DNA from: an uncultured Spirochaetota bacterium
GTDB taxonomy: Bacteria; Spirochaetota; Spirochaetia; SZUA-6; Fen-1364
Length of the DNA stretch: 64,000 nucleotides
NCBI GenBank assembly: GCA_963745235.1
Contig: CAVUXE010000046.1
Span: 8,030 to 72,029, forward strand
Reading direction: 5' to 3'
Positions 9,314 through 22,800 of this stretch are shown here, piece after piece (position 1 is the first letter of the stretch; each line of letters opens with the position of its first letter). A model generated the notes under the pieces. The model saw only the letters and a program-made list of their open reading frames with translations. It had not been told where the DNA came from and did not search any database. The translations under genes were made by a program, and so were the position numbers.

Positions 9314-12300
9314 GATCGGCGCTTGTGCTGCCTTCCGTGAAGCTGTCGTAGAGTGCCTCCAGCTGCCCGTGAAGCGCCGCGCTTCCGCTCTGCAATCCGC
9401 GGCGGTACAGGGACATGGTCGCCCGCAGCTCGAGACACTTTGCCTTCTGCTTCTGCGACAGCCTGAGGGAGCGCTGGAACCAGCGGTCGGTATCCTCATC
9501 CGGCTCGCCGGCGAGGCGGCCGGCTTCCCCCCGCAGCCGGTGAACCTCCGGTTCCCACAGATGGAGATGGGTCTCCCGAACCTGCGTGAGCGCGTTGTCG
9601 AGCGTTTCGATGGCGCTGTCCGTCCCACCGTCGGCCAGATAGAGCTCCGCCAGCATGCACGCGTAGGCACAGGGAAACGGATGGCGGGGAAGCATCTCGA
9701 TCCCCTGGCGAATCAAATGGGGATCCCCGCCGGACCAGCCTCGGAGGACCAGCCCGTATCCGATGTAGAGCGCGAACCCTTCCCGCTGAGCCAGTGAGAA
9801 CAGCTCCTCGGAGAGCGGGCGGGCCTGGTGCTGTTCGCGGCGCATGAAGGAGAGAAGGCATGCGTAGAAGATCACCATGCAAAGCGTGAAAGCATGACCC
9901 AGGGTCCGGGCTCGCGTCAGGTCTTCCTGCATCACGGCCGCGGACTGTGTCATGAATCCGAAGCCCCAGAGCGCGAGGGACCGGGTGATCATGACGATCG
10001 CGGAGGTGTCATTTCCAAACTGGATCAGGTCCAGTGACGAGCCCGCCGGCTGGCAGTGCGCCTGACCGGCTTCCGCGTGCGCGCGCATTTCCTGGAAGTC
10101 TCCAAAGTAGAAAAAGGATTCCGCGAGCATGCCGTGAGCGCGCGAGATGAGCCGTTCATCATCCAGGCCGCGGGCGATGTCGAGCATCTGCTGTCCGTAA
10201 TGAAGGCGCTGGCGGCTGTACGAATAGTGGCGATTGAGCCCGAGGTTCACGAGGAAGCGCTGCAACGGGCTCCCTCTCTCCTCGCAGATGGCCTTGGCGC
10301 GCAGGTGCACGGCTTCAACCGTCGGATCCTGATGTCCTTTCGCGAGGACGAGCGGAACGCCGAGTGAGATGAGAAACTCGAGCTCCCTGTCCAGGGAAGT
10401 TGGGCCCTGGGGACACCCCCGCAGGAGCTCCAGCCCCCTCGTAAAATGCGCCACCGCCGCGGAGTTTGCATATCCCTGGCGCGCCTTCTCTCCCGAGAGG
10501 TAGTAAAAATCGATGGCGTTCTGGACCTCCTTCCCTCGATCGTAATGGTACGCGAGGGACTCGCTGTACTCGGTGCGAGCCGACGGGGACAGCCGCTGGT
10601 ACGCGAGAGCCACTTTCCGATGGAGCCGAAGCCGATCCCCCACGGAAATGCTCTCGTAGACGGCCTCCTGTGTGAGCGCGTGCTTGAAGGAATACTCGAC
10701 TTCCGGGACCGAGCGCTCGATGAAGAGAAGCTCCCGTTCTTCAAGATCTTCCAGGATGGCGCCGAGGTCATCCCTTTCGACGGCAAGAGCGAGCAGCCTG
10801 CGGAGGAAGACTCTCCCAATGACCGCCGCGTGGGAGAGGACCTCCTGTTCGGTCTCCGAGAGATTGAAGAACCGGCTGAGAACGACTGATTTGATCCCCT
10901 GGGAAAGGGTCGAGCGATTTGCTTCCCCCGCGGATGGGTCAGGGGGAGGAAGCTCCTCCGCCTCCTGGGACCCCAACGCGCTGGCGCGCGCCAGCTCTTC
11001 CAGAAAGTAGGGGTTGCCTCGGCAGCTCAGGAGAATGCTTTCGCGGACCGAGGCGGGAAGGGATTCAGCGGGAACCAGGGCGTCGAGCATCTGGCTGCTT
11101 TCTTCACGGGTGATCTCACGGAGGTGGATCTCGGTCAGCTCGTCGAGCCTCCGACGCGCGGCGCTGGAGGCGAGTATCCTGCTCCTGTGGTCCGGATCGA
11201 TGCGGTAGACGAGCACGAGCAGGATCCGCAGCCCCCGCGACGAGTCGAGGAGCGAGTCGATGAGGTCCAGAGAAAGCGTGTCAGCCCAATGCAGGTCCTC
11301 GAAAACCAGGACGAGCGGGGCCAGCTTTGAGAGCTCGCGGAAGAGAAGCGTCACAGCGTTGAACGCTCGATGCTTGACCTGCTCCGGGCCCCATTGGTCG
11401 ATCTCTTTGCGGTGCGGACCGGCTCGCCAATGGCCGAGAAGCTCGTTTGCGGCTGAGACAAGGGACCTCACCCGCCCTGGCCCGGCAGCAGCCTTCTGGG
11501 CGAGGATCTCATCCAGGCTTTCGCGGCTGAGAGATTCAGTCTGATCCCCGCCGGTCGTGCGGGCACGCTGCTCAGCATCAAGCACGCCGATCATGTCGAT
11601 GAAAGGCCAGTAGCCGATGTTCGTCTTTGGAGACAGGCAACGGCCCTCGAGCCAGCGGACTCCGCCGGCCGCCAGCGTGTCGGACACCCGGTGGTAGAGC
11701 TCGTGAACGAGGCGGGACTTTCCAATCCCCGCTTCACCCGTGATCACGACGACCTGCCCGTTTCCCCCCGCCGTTCGTTCGAAAGCGTGTGTGAACCTGG
11801 CGGCCTCTTCCTCGCGGCCGATCATCTCGCTCCGGGGACCAAAGGGTCCCCGGCTCTTCCTCGAGACAGGCGCTATGCCCAGCACACCGAACGTGGAGCG
11901 GCCCCCGCGCTGGAGCGACGCTCGTCAGCAACCGGGGCAAAGGAGAAAGCATCCCGGGTCAGGCGATAGGTGTGCTGATCAACCAGCAGCGCGCCCTCGG
12001 GGGCGCGTTCCGCGAGCAGCCGGGCAAGCGGGACGGCGCGTCCGGCAAAACGGAGGGTTGATTCTCCGCCCGCGCGGGCAAGATAGCCCGTCGTAACCGC
12101 ACCCCGGATCGGATGCGAGCTCTCGCCTGCCTCTTCCCGCATCTCCAGCGCCGCGCGGATGGCCAGCTCGGGGTTGCTTTCCAGGAACCGGCCGTCGCCG
12201 AACAGCGCGAGGAAGCCTGACCCGGAGCTCTCGATCAGCTGACCGTGATACCTGGCGATCGTCTCCCCGTAGCCCTCACTGGCTGAGGAAGTCGCGACTG

Positions 12301-13156
12301 CCAGCACGGTCGAAAAGGCAGACTCCGTGAAAGGGTCGGCCGGGGATACCTTCTCACTTTCGGCGCGCTTGGAAGCGAAGACAGGGATCTCGGGTGGCTC
12401 TCCGCGCGCAATCGCTTCCGCGAGGCGGAGAGTCGACTCCTTCGGGGGGCTGTCCAGCTCTTCTTCCAGCATGCGTCGGCATTCCTCGAACTGGTGGCTT
12501 GCCGCGGCCCGATTTCCGTCCCACGCGTGCAGCCGCATCAACATTGCATGGGCGGACTCATCCATCCTGTCGACGCCAAGCCTCCGGTGCGCAAAGCTGA
12601 TGGCTGAGCCGAAGTCTCCGGCGGCGGCGTGGCACAGGACGAGCCGGTCCAGCACGTGCACCGCCTCCAGCCGGTACTTCTCCGTCGTGAAGAATTGCCA
12701 GTCATCGAAATCCACGCTGTCCTTCAGCGTGAACCCCGCGAGAAACTCCCCGCGGAACATCCCGACTGCCTCGCTCAGAACCGGAAGACAGCCTTTGCAT
12801 ATCGCCTGGCGTCCGTGGGCATGGCTGCCGCAAAGGGCGAGCAGGTCTCGAGATCTCGAGATGTCGATATGGAGGTCAGGCGACTGGACCAGGCGGATGG
12901 TTTCCCGTTCCGCGTCGAGAAGTCCTTTGCCGAGCGCGCTCCGAAGCGTCGAGAGGGTACGTCGAAGCGCCGCGTGTCCGCCGGCCCGGCCGTAGCGCGA
13001 CCACAGCAGTGTGACCAGCGCGTCGCGGCTCACCGGCTCCGCGGTGTCAGCGAGGTATGCCATGAGGGCGACAGCCTTCCGCGTGTCAAGATGGACAGGG
13101 GCCCCGTCAAGCTCGATGAGTGGTGGTCCCAGAAACGCCAGACGCACCCGTGCCAT
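9255..13156 (-). CDS. SARP (wHTH + BTAD) - degenerate class III cyclase-like - STAND AAA ATPase - TPR regulator, split by one frame break near 11900
   Basis: ORF 11873-13156: LAFLGPPLIE...RKAVALMAYLA, FRGEFLAGF...FDDW (BTAD). ORF 9255-11885: GEAGIGKSRL Walker A, VFEDLHWAD Walker B, GNPYFLEEL, YSFKHALTQE. Adding one G to the G5 run (11902-11906) joins the two frames. Confidence 0.82.
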
Positions 13157-13222
13157 TTTTCCTTGCCCCGACCAAATATACTAGCCGAACGGCCCCCTGA
13201 CGACCAAAAGGGGAGCTTCCGC

Positions 13223-13615
13223 TCACTGCGGCCCCTTTGCCGCACGGTCCCGCGCAGCGCAAACCGAGCGGGTCTCCTCTCGTTCGTTGGTCATGTCGAC
13301 GTACTCCTTGAGGACGCCCGGGGGCAGGTTCAGATAGACGGCTTGCAGAAGCTCCTGGCGCGACGGCCACACCTCGACCAGGTCCCCGATTGTGGAAATG
13401 TCCCTGAGAAACTCCAGTCTCGGCCAGTTGGATTCCTTCGAGAGCTCCTTGTACGCCGGCCAGACGAGGAAGGAGTACTTGCCGGGTATGTCGTCCTCGG
13501 ACCACCTGGACAGGACGTCGTCTGTAATCCTCGCGGCAAGCTCCTGCTTCCTGTCGGGTTGCGCGTAGAGCAGTGTCGTTGACAGGAACCACAGAATCAG
13601 CACACGCCACCTCAT
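13223..13615 (-). CDS. Hypothetical exported protein, divergent from the giant gene
   Basis: MRWRVLILWFLSTTLLYA|Q signal-like N-terminus; GGAGG RBS. Confidence 0.65.
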   Translation of the reverse strand: MRWRVLILWFLSTTLLYAQPDRKQELAARITDDVLSRWSEDDIPGKYSFLVWPAYKELSKESNWPRLEFLRDISTIGDLVEVWPSRQELLQAVYLNLPPGVLKEYVDMTNEREETRSVCAARDRAAKGPQ

Positions 13616-13825
13616 TCACGCCTCCCCTTCACTCCATTTCCCGAGGATAGTGTGTCCGGGCGCGCCGTGGAATCCGCCACATTCATCATTTTTCCTTTGG
13701 CGTCTCCCCGGCAGAGACTGGTTAGGAATAACCATCCCCGAGGTTGACAACCGACCCGGGCCCTGCGCAACGGGCGGAAATCTCATCTTATTATAGAAGA
13801 CATCAACCGCGGAGGAAGAAAAAAC

Positions 13826-13855
13826 TTGACGGTGACTCAAAGCGGCCAGTACGTT
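13826..13855 (+). promoter_or_regulatory. Candidate sigma70 promoter for the giant gene
   Basis: TTGACG-18 bp-TACGTT ending 36 nt before ATG 13892. Confidence 0.3.
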
Positions 13856-13891
13856 CTTAGCTGAGATGCTGCGTCGGGGTCCGGACGGGCA

Positions 13892-16800
13892 ATGAAGCGA
13901 AGCAAGTCTGACTTTCAGCTTGAGCAGCTTGAGCCCAGGCTGCTCCTGTCCGCCTCGCCGCTGCTGCCCCAGGCAATGACTGCCGCCGCGTTTCAGAGTG
14001 AGAGCCCGGTGGCAGTGCAGGGCCTGGAGGCCGGGCAGCAGGCGTCCATCGACTTGCACACATCCTTCACGTACAATCCAGCCGCCAATGTGAGCGACCT
14101 GTTCGCTCGCGGCCCCGCGGAAGGCGCCGCGGCTCAGGCAGCCCCTCCCGCCGCGCCGGCCGGCAGCTCAGCCGCGGTGCAAGCGGTGCGCCCAGAGACC
14201 ACCGCCGCTGCCTTCGGAGCTTCCCTTGCGCAGCCGGCTGTGTCATCGAACACCGGTTTGGCGGTAAACAACGGCGCGGGCGCCACGCCTTCCCCCTCGC
14301 AATCAAGCATGACAGATCAGCGCACGGAAACGTTGAGCTCGGCCCAGCCCCCGCCCCCGGCGGCCGAGCAAACGTTGACCTACACCGCGGGCCCGTATGG
14401 CAGTGACGTGACGCTTCGACTCAACCCTGAGGACCCGGGCACTCTGCAAATCGTTGACGACGGATCCGGCGCGGTTGTCGCAAGCAGCCCGCTGAGCGCG
14501 GTGGGTGCGGTCCATGTAAGCGGCGCGAACAACGCGGACAATACGCTGACCGTTGATCTCTCGGTGCCCTTCTGGCTGAAGGGCGGTGTCGTGTTTGACG
14601 GCGGTACCGGCGGGTACAACACTCTCGCCGTGATCGGACCAAAGGGCGGCAGCGTCAGCTACACCGCAATGGGGACCGGCTCCGGGGTGATGTCGGTGTC
14701 CCTGGGCTCGAGCAGCACGTCCATTTCCTTCACGGGTCTGGCACCCGTGGACATCAGTGGAGGTGTTGCGTACACCTTTACGCCGGCCTCCGCCACGCTG
14801 AGCGGCGGCGGTCCGACGCTGGACCCAACCGCTGCGGTGGATATCACCATTGGAAGTTCCGCAGGCGTAAATGTTCTGACTGGCACCATCGGCGGGGTAC
14901 CGTTCGAGCAGGTCAACCTGCTTGGCGTCTCCAGCCTTACAATAGATCTTTCCGGCGGCGCCTCACCATACACGAACCCCGACACCGTTACTCTTGCTTC
15001 CAGCGGTTTTACCACCGCGGGGCTTGAGAACGTCGATATCCTTACAGGCAGCGGAAGCAATTCGATCACCATCCAGGGCGCCAGCCTTGCCCTTCCCGCC
15101 CCTGGAGGATCATTTGCCATAGACGGCGGGACAGGCAGCACCACTCTCGTTGTGGCCGGCACGTACGGCTCAGCTTCTGTGAGCGCTGCTGGCGCGACCA
15201 CGGGCACCCTGGCTTTGGACGGGTCGTCCCTTTCATTCTCGAACATCGCTGAGCTTCAGCTCCCCGCGGCTATCGGGTCGTTCACCTACCAGGGCAGCGG
15301 CGCTGAGACCATCCAGGGCGTGGCTGGCAACGCGTCCCAGGTTCAGATCTCGGGCTCCGGGCCCACCGTCCAGCTCGCTGATCCCTCCGCCGGCCTGACA
15401 GTAGAGGCGGGCTCGGTTGACCTGGTCGGAAGCTTCGGCCTCGGTGGAGCTGACCTCTCGGTCAACGCACAGACCATCACTGTTGATTCCGGCGCGGCAA
15501 TCGGCTCCTCCGCCAATACGGTGGGAACCGTCACCCTGAGCGCCACGGCTTCTGATGGCTCTCCGATTACTGATCCCTCGCTCCTCCAGGCGCAGTACGC
15601 CACCATCACCATCGACGGCTCGATCGACGCAACAGGCAGCGTCGACGCCAACGCAACGGTGACCCGCGCCGTGGACGTGAGCGAGCCCGGCGTCTTCGAC
15701 CTCACCGTGTCCTCCGCCTCCAGCGCCGGCCTCACGGTGGGAAGCGGAGCAACCCTCACCGGGTCTTCCATAACACTGGGCGCTGCCACTCAGGGGAGCG
15801 TCATGGCAGCCGATGGCGGCGCGATCACCATGGATTTTACGGAAACCTCCGCCACCGATCTCACGGGAGCCACGCTCACGGCCAGCTCCATCCAGGTGTC
15901 AGCGGGAAGCTCGACAGTCTACTCGGCAGTCGGCCTGGCCGCCACGAACGCGGTGCCCGGGAGCGCGAGCGTCTCGGTCACCGGTTCCACGCTGACGGCA
16001 AATGCGGGCGGGGTGAGCATGACGGCGCTGGACAGCGTGAGCGTCAGCGCGCAGGCAGAACCCCAAGCCCTGGATCTCGGCACCCTCTCCACATCGAAAT
16101 CCCTTTCGGTGTCCCTGGCTCGGAACGACCTTGACCGCAGCGTCTCCGCCACGGTGAGCGGGTCCACGCTGAGCGCAACGGGCGGGGACGTCAAACTGAC
16201 GGCCACCAAGGCAGACGTCGCAAGCGCCACCACGCACACGGTCACGCTGATTGACTCCACGTCCACACCTCCGCCCAACTCGGACACCGTGAGCCTTGGA
16301 GGCACTTTCTCCGCCAACCTCCTGCTCGGCGACGTGACTGCTTCCATCGATACGAGCACCGTCACCACCAATGGCACCGGTGCCATCCTGATCGACGCAA
16401 GAGACACTTCCGCCGTTGATGCCCACTCTGATCTCAGCGCCACGGATGCGCCGGGGACGCTGACGGCGGACACATCAGGGGTGGCCGCGGGTCCCTCCAT
16501 CGCCTTCAACGCGCTGGGCTGGACGTTCGGCCAGTCGTTTACGGGCTTTGCTCTTGAAACCATTAACACCCTGCTTGGCACACAGATCGGCGACTCCCCG
16601 CAACCGGTAACGAGCCAGGCGTCCATCAGCGACTCCTCGGTGAGCGCGGGCGGAAGCCTCTCGGTGACAGCGGAAAGCCAGCCGCAGCTGAACGCCACAG
16701 TAAGCAACGCGGCAACCTCCACCTCCTCCGCCCTGTACGGCGCGAGCGGGTCGAGCGCCAGCGGCATCCTGGCCAGCAACAGGGTGGCGAGCCAGGCCAC

Positions 16801-19800
16801 GGCGTTCATTGACAATACAGGCGCCGCAACCGGGGTGAGCGTGAGCGCAGGCGCGGGGGTCACGGTCAGCGCCAGCGACAATTCCGGCATCTATTCCAAC
16901 AGCAAGGTGGTTTCTTCCTCGATAACGACCAGCGACGGAGGGGCCGCCGTTCTCGGCCAGGCAGTGGACCAGTTGACTTCCGCAACCTACGACACCACCC
17001 CTGATACGGGGTTGACGACGGAAGTCCGGTCCCTCCAGTTCGGCGACACAGTGCGCCTGGACCAGGGCTACACAGGGGGCGGCGCACCGGGAGTCGTGTA
17101 CGAGTACATGGGCACAGCGGCAAGCGGGGCCGGCCTGGACCTCGCCTCGACCAACTATGCGGACCTGGGCTACTGGAAGCCGCTGCCCCAGACGCAGCTC
17201 ATCCCGCAGGGCAACAGCATCAGCCCCTCCAATTCGCTGGCGGTGGGCGGGCTGGTGGTTCGGAACGAGGTGAGCGGTGGGGCAACCGCGTACATCAACA
17301 ACGCCACGGTGACCGCCGCGGGCGGCAACATCGATGTCACGGGCACGCAAAACGCCATCATCACGGCAACCGCGGACAGCTCGGCAAGCTCCTCGGGAGG
17401 CAGCGCTTTTGGAAGCGGCAGCTCCCTTGCCGTGGATGGGACAATCGCCACCAACGTCATGCTCTCCTCCTCGCAGGCGTACATCACCGGCAGCAGCATC
17501 ACGGCCACGGCGGGAAACATCGAGGTGGAGGCCACAGACAACGCGGACATCGCCGCCACCACGAAGCAGGCCACCACCACCAACGCCACCGGCGTGAGCG
17601 TGATCCTTGCGTTCAACACCGTGGGGTGGGACGCTCAAAACGTTCTCTACGATGCGCTGGATGCCCTGCTCGGGACCCAGATCGGCACAAAGGACCCTGA
17701 CCTCACTACGGCCTCTATCACTGACTCCTCCGTGACAGCGGGCGGGACGCTGACGGTGCAGGCCCTTTCGGAGGCGCGAATCTCCTCCTCAATAGGAAAC
17801 GATGCCACGGCCGCCACAACGGCGTTGTTCGGAGCTTCGGCGGCAAGTTACGCCGGGATCCTGTCCAGCAACATGGTTGCAACGAGCGCGGACGCGTACG
17901 TCGACAACACCGGCGCCCGAGCGGGCACCACGGTGCAGGCCGGCGGGAATGTGACGGTGAGCGCCAGGGACACCCCGACCATCAGCGCGAAGTCCAACCT
18001 CCAGGACCCCGCCTCGGCCGCCAACGACGGCGGAGCCGGGATCCTCAACTCCCTTGCCCAGTCGCTCATGGAGGACTACCAGTACACGAGCAACTCAGGG
18101 ACGCAGGCGCTTGCCTTTGGAGACATGGTGCGGGTGGCGGATGGCTACTCCGGCGGAGGCTCAGGAGGGACCGTCTACGAGTACATGGGTACGCCGAACG
18201 CCGTCGATCTTGGGACCGAGAACTACGGTGATGCGGGTCTGTGGAAGCAGCTCGACACCACCAACATCGTTCCCACCTCCATAGCCAAGACGGCGCTCAA
18301 AGCAGTCGGGCTGGGCGGTGGAAGTGCCACGGCCATGGGCGGGCTGGTGGACCGAAACGACGTCCGCGGCGAAGTTTCGGCGTACATCACCGCGGCCACG
18401 GTGACGAGCACTGCGGGCAACATCATGGTGCAGGCAATCGAGGCGGCCATGATCAGCGCCGTGGACTCGAGCGTCGTCTCCGCGAGCCAGAGCACAGCGG
18501 GGGTCATCGTCACCAACCTGGTGTTGAGCTCAGCCACCGCCTTCATCACGGCGGGCAAAGTGACCGACAGCGGCGGCTCCGTTACCGTGGACGCGGAGGA
18601 TGACTCCTCCATCAACGCCACTGCCACCACCTCGGTGAAGGGCAGCAAGCAGGTGATCGGGTTCGTGGTCGCCTTCAACACGGTTGGCTGGCAGGCGCAG
18701 GATCTGCTGTCAAGCACCGTGGATGCACTGATTGGAGATCCCGCGCTCGCGAACGTCTTCGGCGGCGAGCAGCCGGCCTCTGTAACCGCGTACGTGGAGG
18801 ACTCCACGATCACGACCTCGGGAGCCGTCTCTGTCACCGCGCAGAGCGCAGCCGGCATCAACGCCGCGGTGAGCGACAAGTCCACGTCGAAGGCCACGAA
18901 CAACTTCGCAATCGGCGCAAAGTACGGCACGAACGGGATGTCGGCGGGCGCGCTCCTGGCAAGCAACAAGGTGGCCAGCAGCGCGAATGCATACATCGAT
19001 ACCGCCACCGGAACGACCACCGTTACCGCATCCGGCGGGGTAACGGTTTCCGCCGCGGACAAGAACAGCATTACCTCTGACACAACGGTGCTCGTGTTCT
19101 CCGCCACCACCAACGACCTGAGCGCCCTCCAGCAGCTTGCCGGCACCCTGGCGCCGACGAGCTACAACTACACCACCGCGTCCGGAACGCAGACGCTTTC
19201 CCAGGGCGACATTGTCCTGTACTCCGGCGGCCACGCGACGGGGGGGAACGGGACGGAGGGAGGCCTCTACCAGTACGTGGGCCCGGGCGCATCGCTTGAC
19301 CTGGGTTCTCAGGGCTATGACACGGATACTGCGAACTGGACAAAGCTCTCCTCTTCCGACCTGTCGAACCTCCTGTTCCCCAACATCGGCAACCTCACGG
19401 ATTCCAACTCCCGCGCCTACGGCGGACTCGTCGTCTACAACGACGCCCGCGGCCAGGTCAGCGCGTACATCAATGACGCAACGGTCACCGCCTCCACGGG
19501 GGACGTGAGCGTATCCGCCCTGGAGCAGGCAATGATCCAGGCCACGGCAACCAGCAATGTCTCCTCCAACGGGGGAAGCGCGTTCGGCAAGGGAGATTCC
19601 CTGGCGGCCAATGGCCAGATCGTCACCAACGTCGTGCTGGCAAGTGCTGATGCCTACATCAGCAACGCCACGGTGACGGCCACTGCCGGCAGCGCCCTGG
19701 TGAGCGGAAAGAACGCCTCCGGCGTGGACGCCACCATCGACAGCTCGAGCGTTGCGGGAGGCTCGAGCCTGGACGTCACCATCGCCTTCAACTCCATCGG

Positions 19801-22800
19801 GTGGAAGGCGCAGAACATTCTCTTCAATGCAATAGACGCTCTCCTCGGGGACCCCGCCATCTCCAGCGCCTTCGGCGGCTCGCAGCCCGCGGATGTCCAG
19901 GCGTACATCACGGACTCCACGGTGAGCGCCGGCACGGACGTGAAGGTCACCGCGCTGGACAACACCCAGGTCAACGCCACGGTGAGCAACGCCGCTGACA
20001 CAACGGCGTCCGGCCTCTATGGGAACTCGGGCAAGGGGCTGGGCGCGGTGCTCGCCAGCAACAAGGTGAACGGCTCCGCAAAAGCCTACATCGCGGACCT
20101 CAGCACCACGGACGGGACTACCACCAGCGTCACCGCCGGGGGCAGCGTCACAGTGGACGCTGAGGACAACACTGGGATCTATGCCAACTCCAAGATCGTT
20201 TCCTCCACCATCACCACGGATGACGGCGGCGCCTCGGTGATCCAGGGGGAGATCAACGGCCTGATCCCCGCGGACTACACGACCTCCGCGGGCATGGCCC
20301 CCGTGTCCCTTTCCTTCGGCAGCACGGTGCGGCTGGGAAGCGACTTCTCCGGCAGCGGCACTCCGGGGACGGTCTACGAGTACATGGGCACCGCGACAAC
20401 GGGAGCAAACCTCGACCTGACCGCCCAGGACTACACGAACCTGGCTTTCTGGAAGCCGGTAGCCCAGACTGAGCTCGTTCCCCAGGGGCTGAACGTGGAC
20501 TCCTCCGACGCCACGGCGGTGGGAGGAATCGTCGTCCTGAACGACGCGCGCGGGAGCGCAACGGCGTACGTGGACCAGGCCACGGTGAAAGCGGGCCAGG
20601 CACTCACCGTCAAGGCGATAGAAAACGCCACGATAACCGCGACCGTGGATTCCACCGCTAACGCCTCCGGCGGCAGCGCTTTCGGCGAGGGCAAGTCCAT
20701 TGCCGTGAACGCAACCATCGCGACGAACCTCGTGCTCTCCAGCGCCGAAGCGAGCGCCACCAACAGCACCCTCACAACAACGTCCGGCGCCGCGCAGGTG
20801 GAAAGCCAGGACACCTCGGTCATCACCGCCACCACTGACAGCGCCACGACGAGCAGCGGCACCGGAGTCGGTATCACGCTCGCTTTCAACACGGTGGGTT
20901 GGAAGTCGGAGAATTTCCTCTTCAATACGGTGGACGCTCTCCTGGGGGACCCCGTCATTTCGGAGGCTTTCGACGGCTCGAGCCCCGCGAACGTGCAGGC
21001 GCTCGTCCAGGACTCCACGGTGAACGCGGGCGGCGCGCTGACGGTGAGCGCCCTTTCGAACGCGATAATCAACGCGACGGTCAGCAACAATTCCACCTCG
21101 GCGCCGTCAGCCTTCGTGGGCGCCAAGAGCCTTTCCATCGGCGGGGTGATAGCGGAAAACATGGTCAACGGTTCCGCAAGCGCCTCCATCACGTTCACGG
21201 GCAGCAGCCAGGGGACGGTCAGCGCGGGCGGAGCCCTGACTATCGACTCGGAAGACAATTCCGTCATCGATGCCACCAGCACGCTGGATGCCGTCTCCTC
21301 CACTTCGCAGAACAGCGGCTTCACGATCCTGGAAAACCTCGCCAACACTCTGGCTACCGAATACCAGTACACCACGGAGTCGGGAACGCAGAATGTGACC
21401 CCTGGCGCCATGGTGCGGCTGCAGGACCAGTACGCCGGGGGAGGGACGCCGGACACGATTTACCTGTTCGTCGGGACCGCTGCCCAAAGCCTGGACCTGG
21501 GAAGCCAGAATTACGCTGACACTTCCTTGTGGCAGCCGGTCAGCACCAGCAACATCGTCAGCGATCTCGCCGGCCTGGGGATCAACTTCTCGGATTCCAG
21601 CTCCACCGCCATTGGCGGCCTCGTGGTGCACAACGACGCCCGCGGAAGCGCGGCAAGCTCCGTCACCAACGCTTCCGTGAGCGCGGCGGGGGACTTCACC
21701 GTCGAGGCAATCGAGAACGCCGCAATAGACGCCACGGACACGAGCACGGTGAGCTCCGATGGCGGAAGCGTCTTCGGGGGTTCTTCGCTCGCGGTGAACG
21801 GCATCATCGCCACGAACAACGTCCTGAGCGGCGCCACCGCGACAGTGAGCGGCAGCAGCATCACGACCACGAGCGGCGGCAACGTGGATGTCACCGCGCA
21901 GGACAATTCGGTGATCGACGCCTCCGTCACCAACAGCACCACGGCGGACGGCTCGGCCGTAGGGGTGACCCTGGCATTCAACACCATCGGCATCACGCCG
22001 CAGAACTTCCTCTTCAACACCGTGGATGCGCTGTTCGGGACGAACATCGCCAACGAGCAGCCGGATGACGTCGAGGCCATCATCCAGTCCACCAGCGTGA
22101 CCGCTGCCCGGCGGCGTGGATGTCAGCGCCGCCTCCAGCGCTTCAATCGACTCCACGGCAAGCTCTTCGGTGAGCGCCTCGGACGTGAGCTTCAAGGGCT
22201 CCACCGCGGTCACCGTGGGCGCGGTGGTCTCGCTGAACAAGGTAAGCACCTACGTGCGCGCGGAGATCGACGGCTCCACCGGCATCACCGCCCAGGCGGG
22301 GAACGTCCAGGTCCAGTCCACGGACAGCTCCACCATCACGAGCACCGTGTCCGCGCCCACGCTGTCGGTTGCCGTGTCCACGGGCAAGTCCCTCTCCGTG
22401 GCCGTGGGCCTGAGCGTTGCCAGGAACGAGATCCACAACGACATGCAGTCGTTCATCCAGGGCGCGGGCTCCGTGACCGCGACTCACGGCAGCGTGAGCG
22501 TCACCTCCTCCGAGTCCGCCTCCATCACGGCAAGCTCCGCCGCCTCCGCCGTGGGCGTCTCCGTGAGCGCTTCCGACAGTCCGACGCCGGCCGTTGGCGG
22601 CGGCGGGGCCACGGCTCTGAATACCATCATTGGCGCGGCGAATGCCTACGTTTCCGACAGCTCTCTTGCTGCCACGGGGACCGCTGCCAACCAGGGCGCC
22701 GTAACGGTCTCCGCGACAGATTCCTCCGTCATTGACGCCGTCGTGGAGGCGACGGCAGTCACGGTGGGAGTTGGCGCGGGAACCACGCCAGCGTTTGCCC

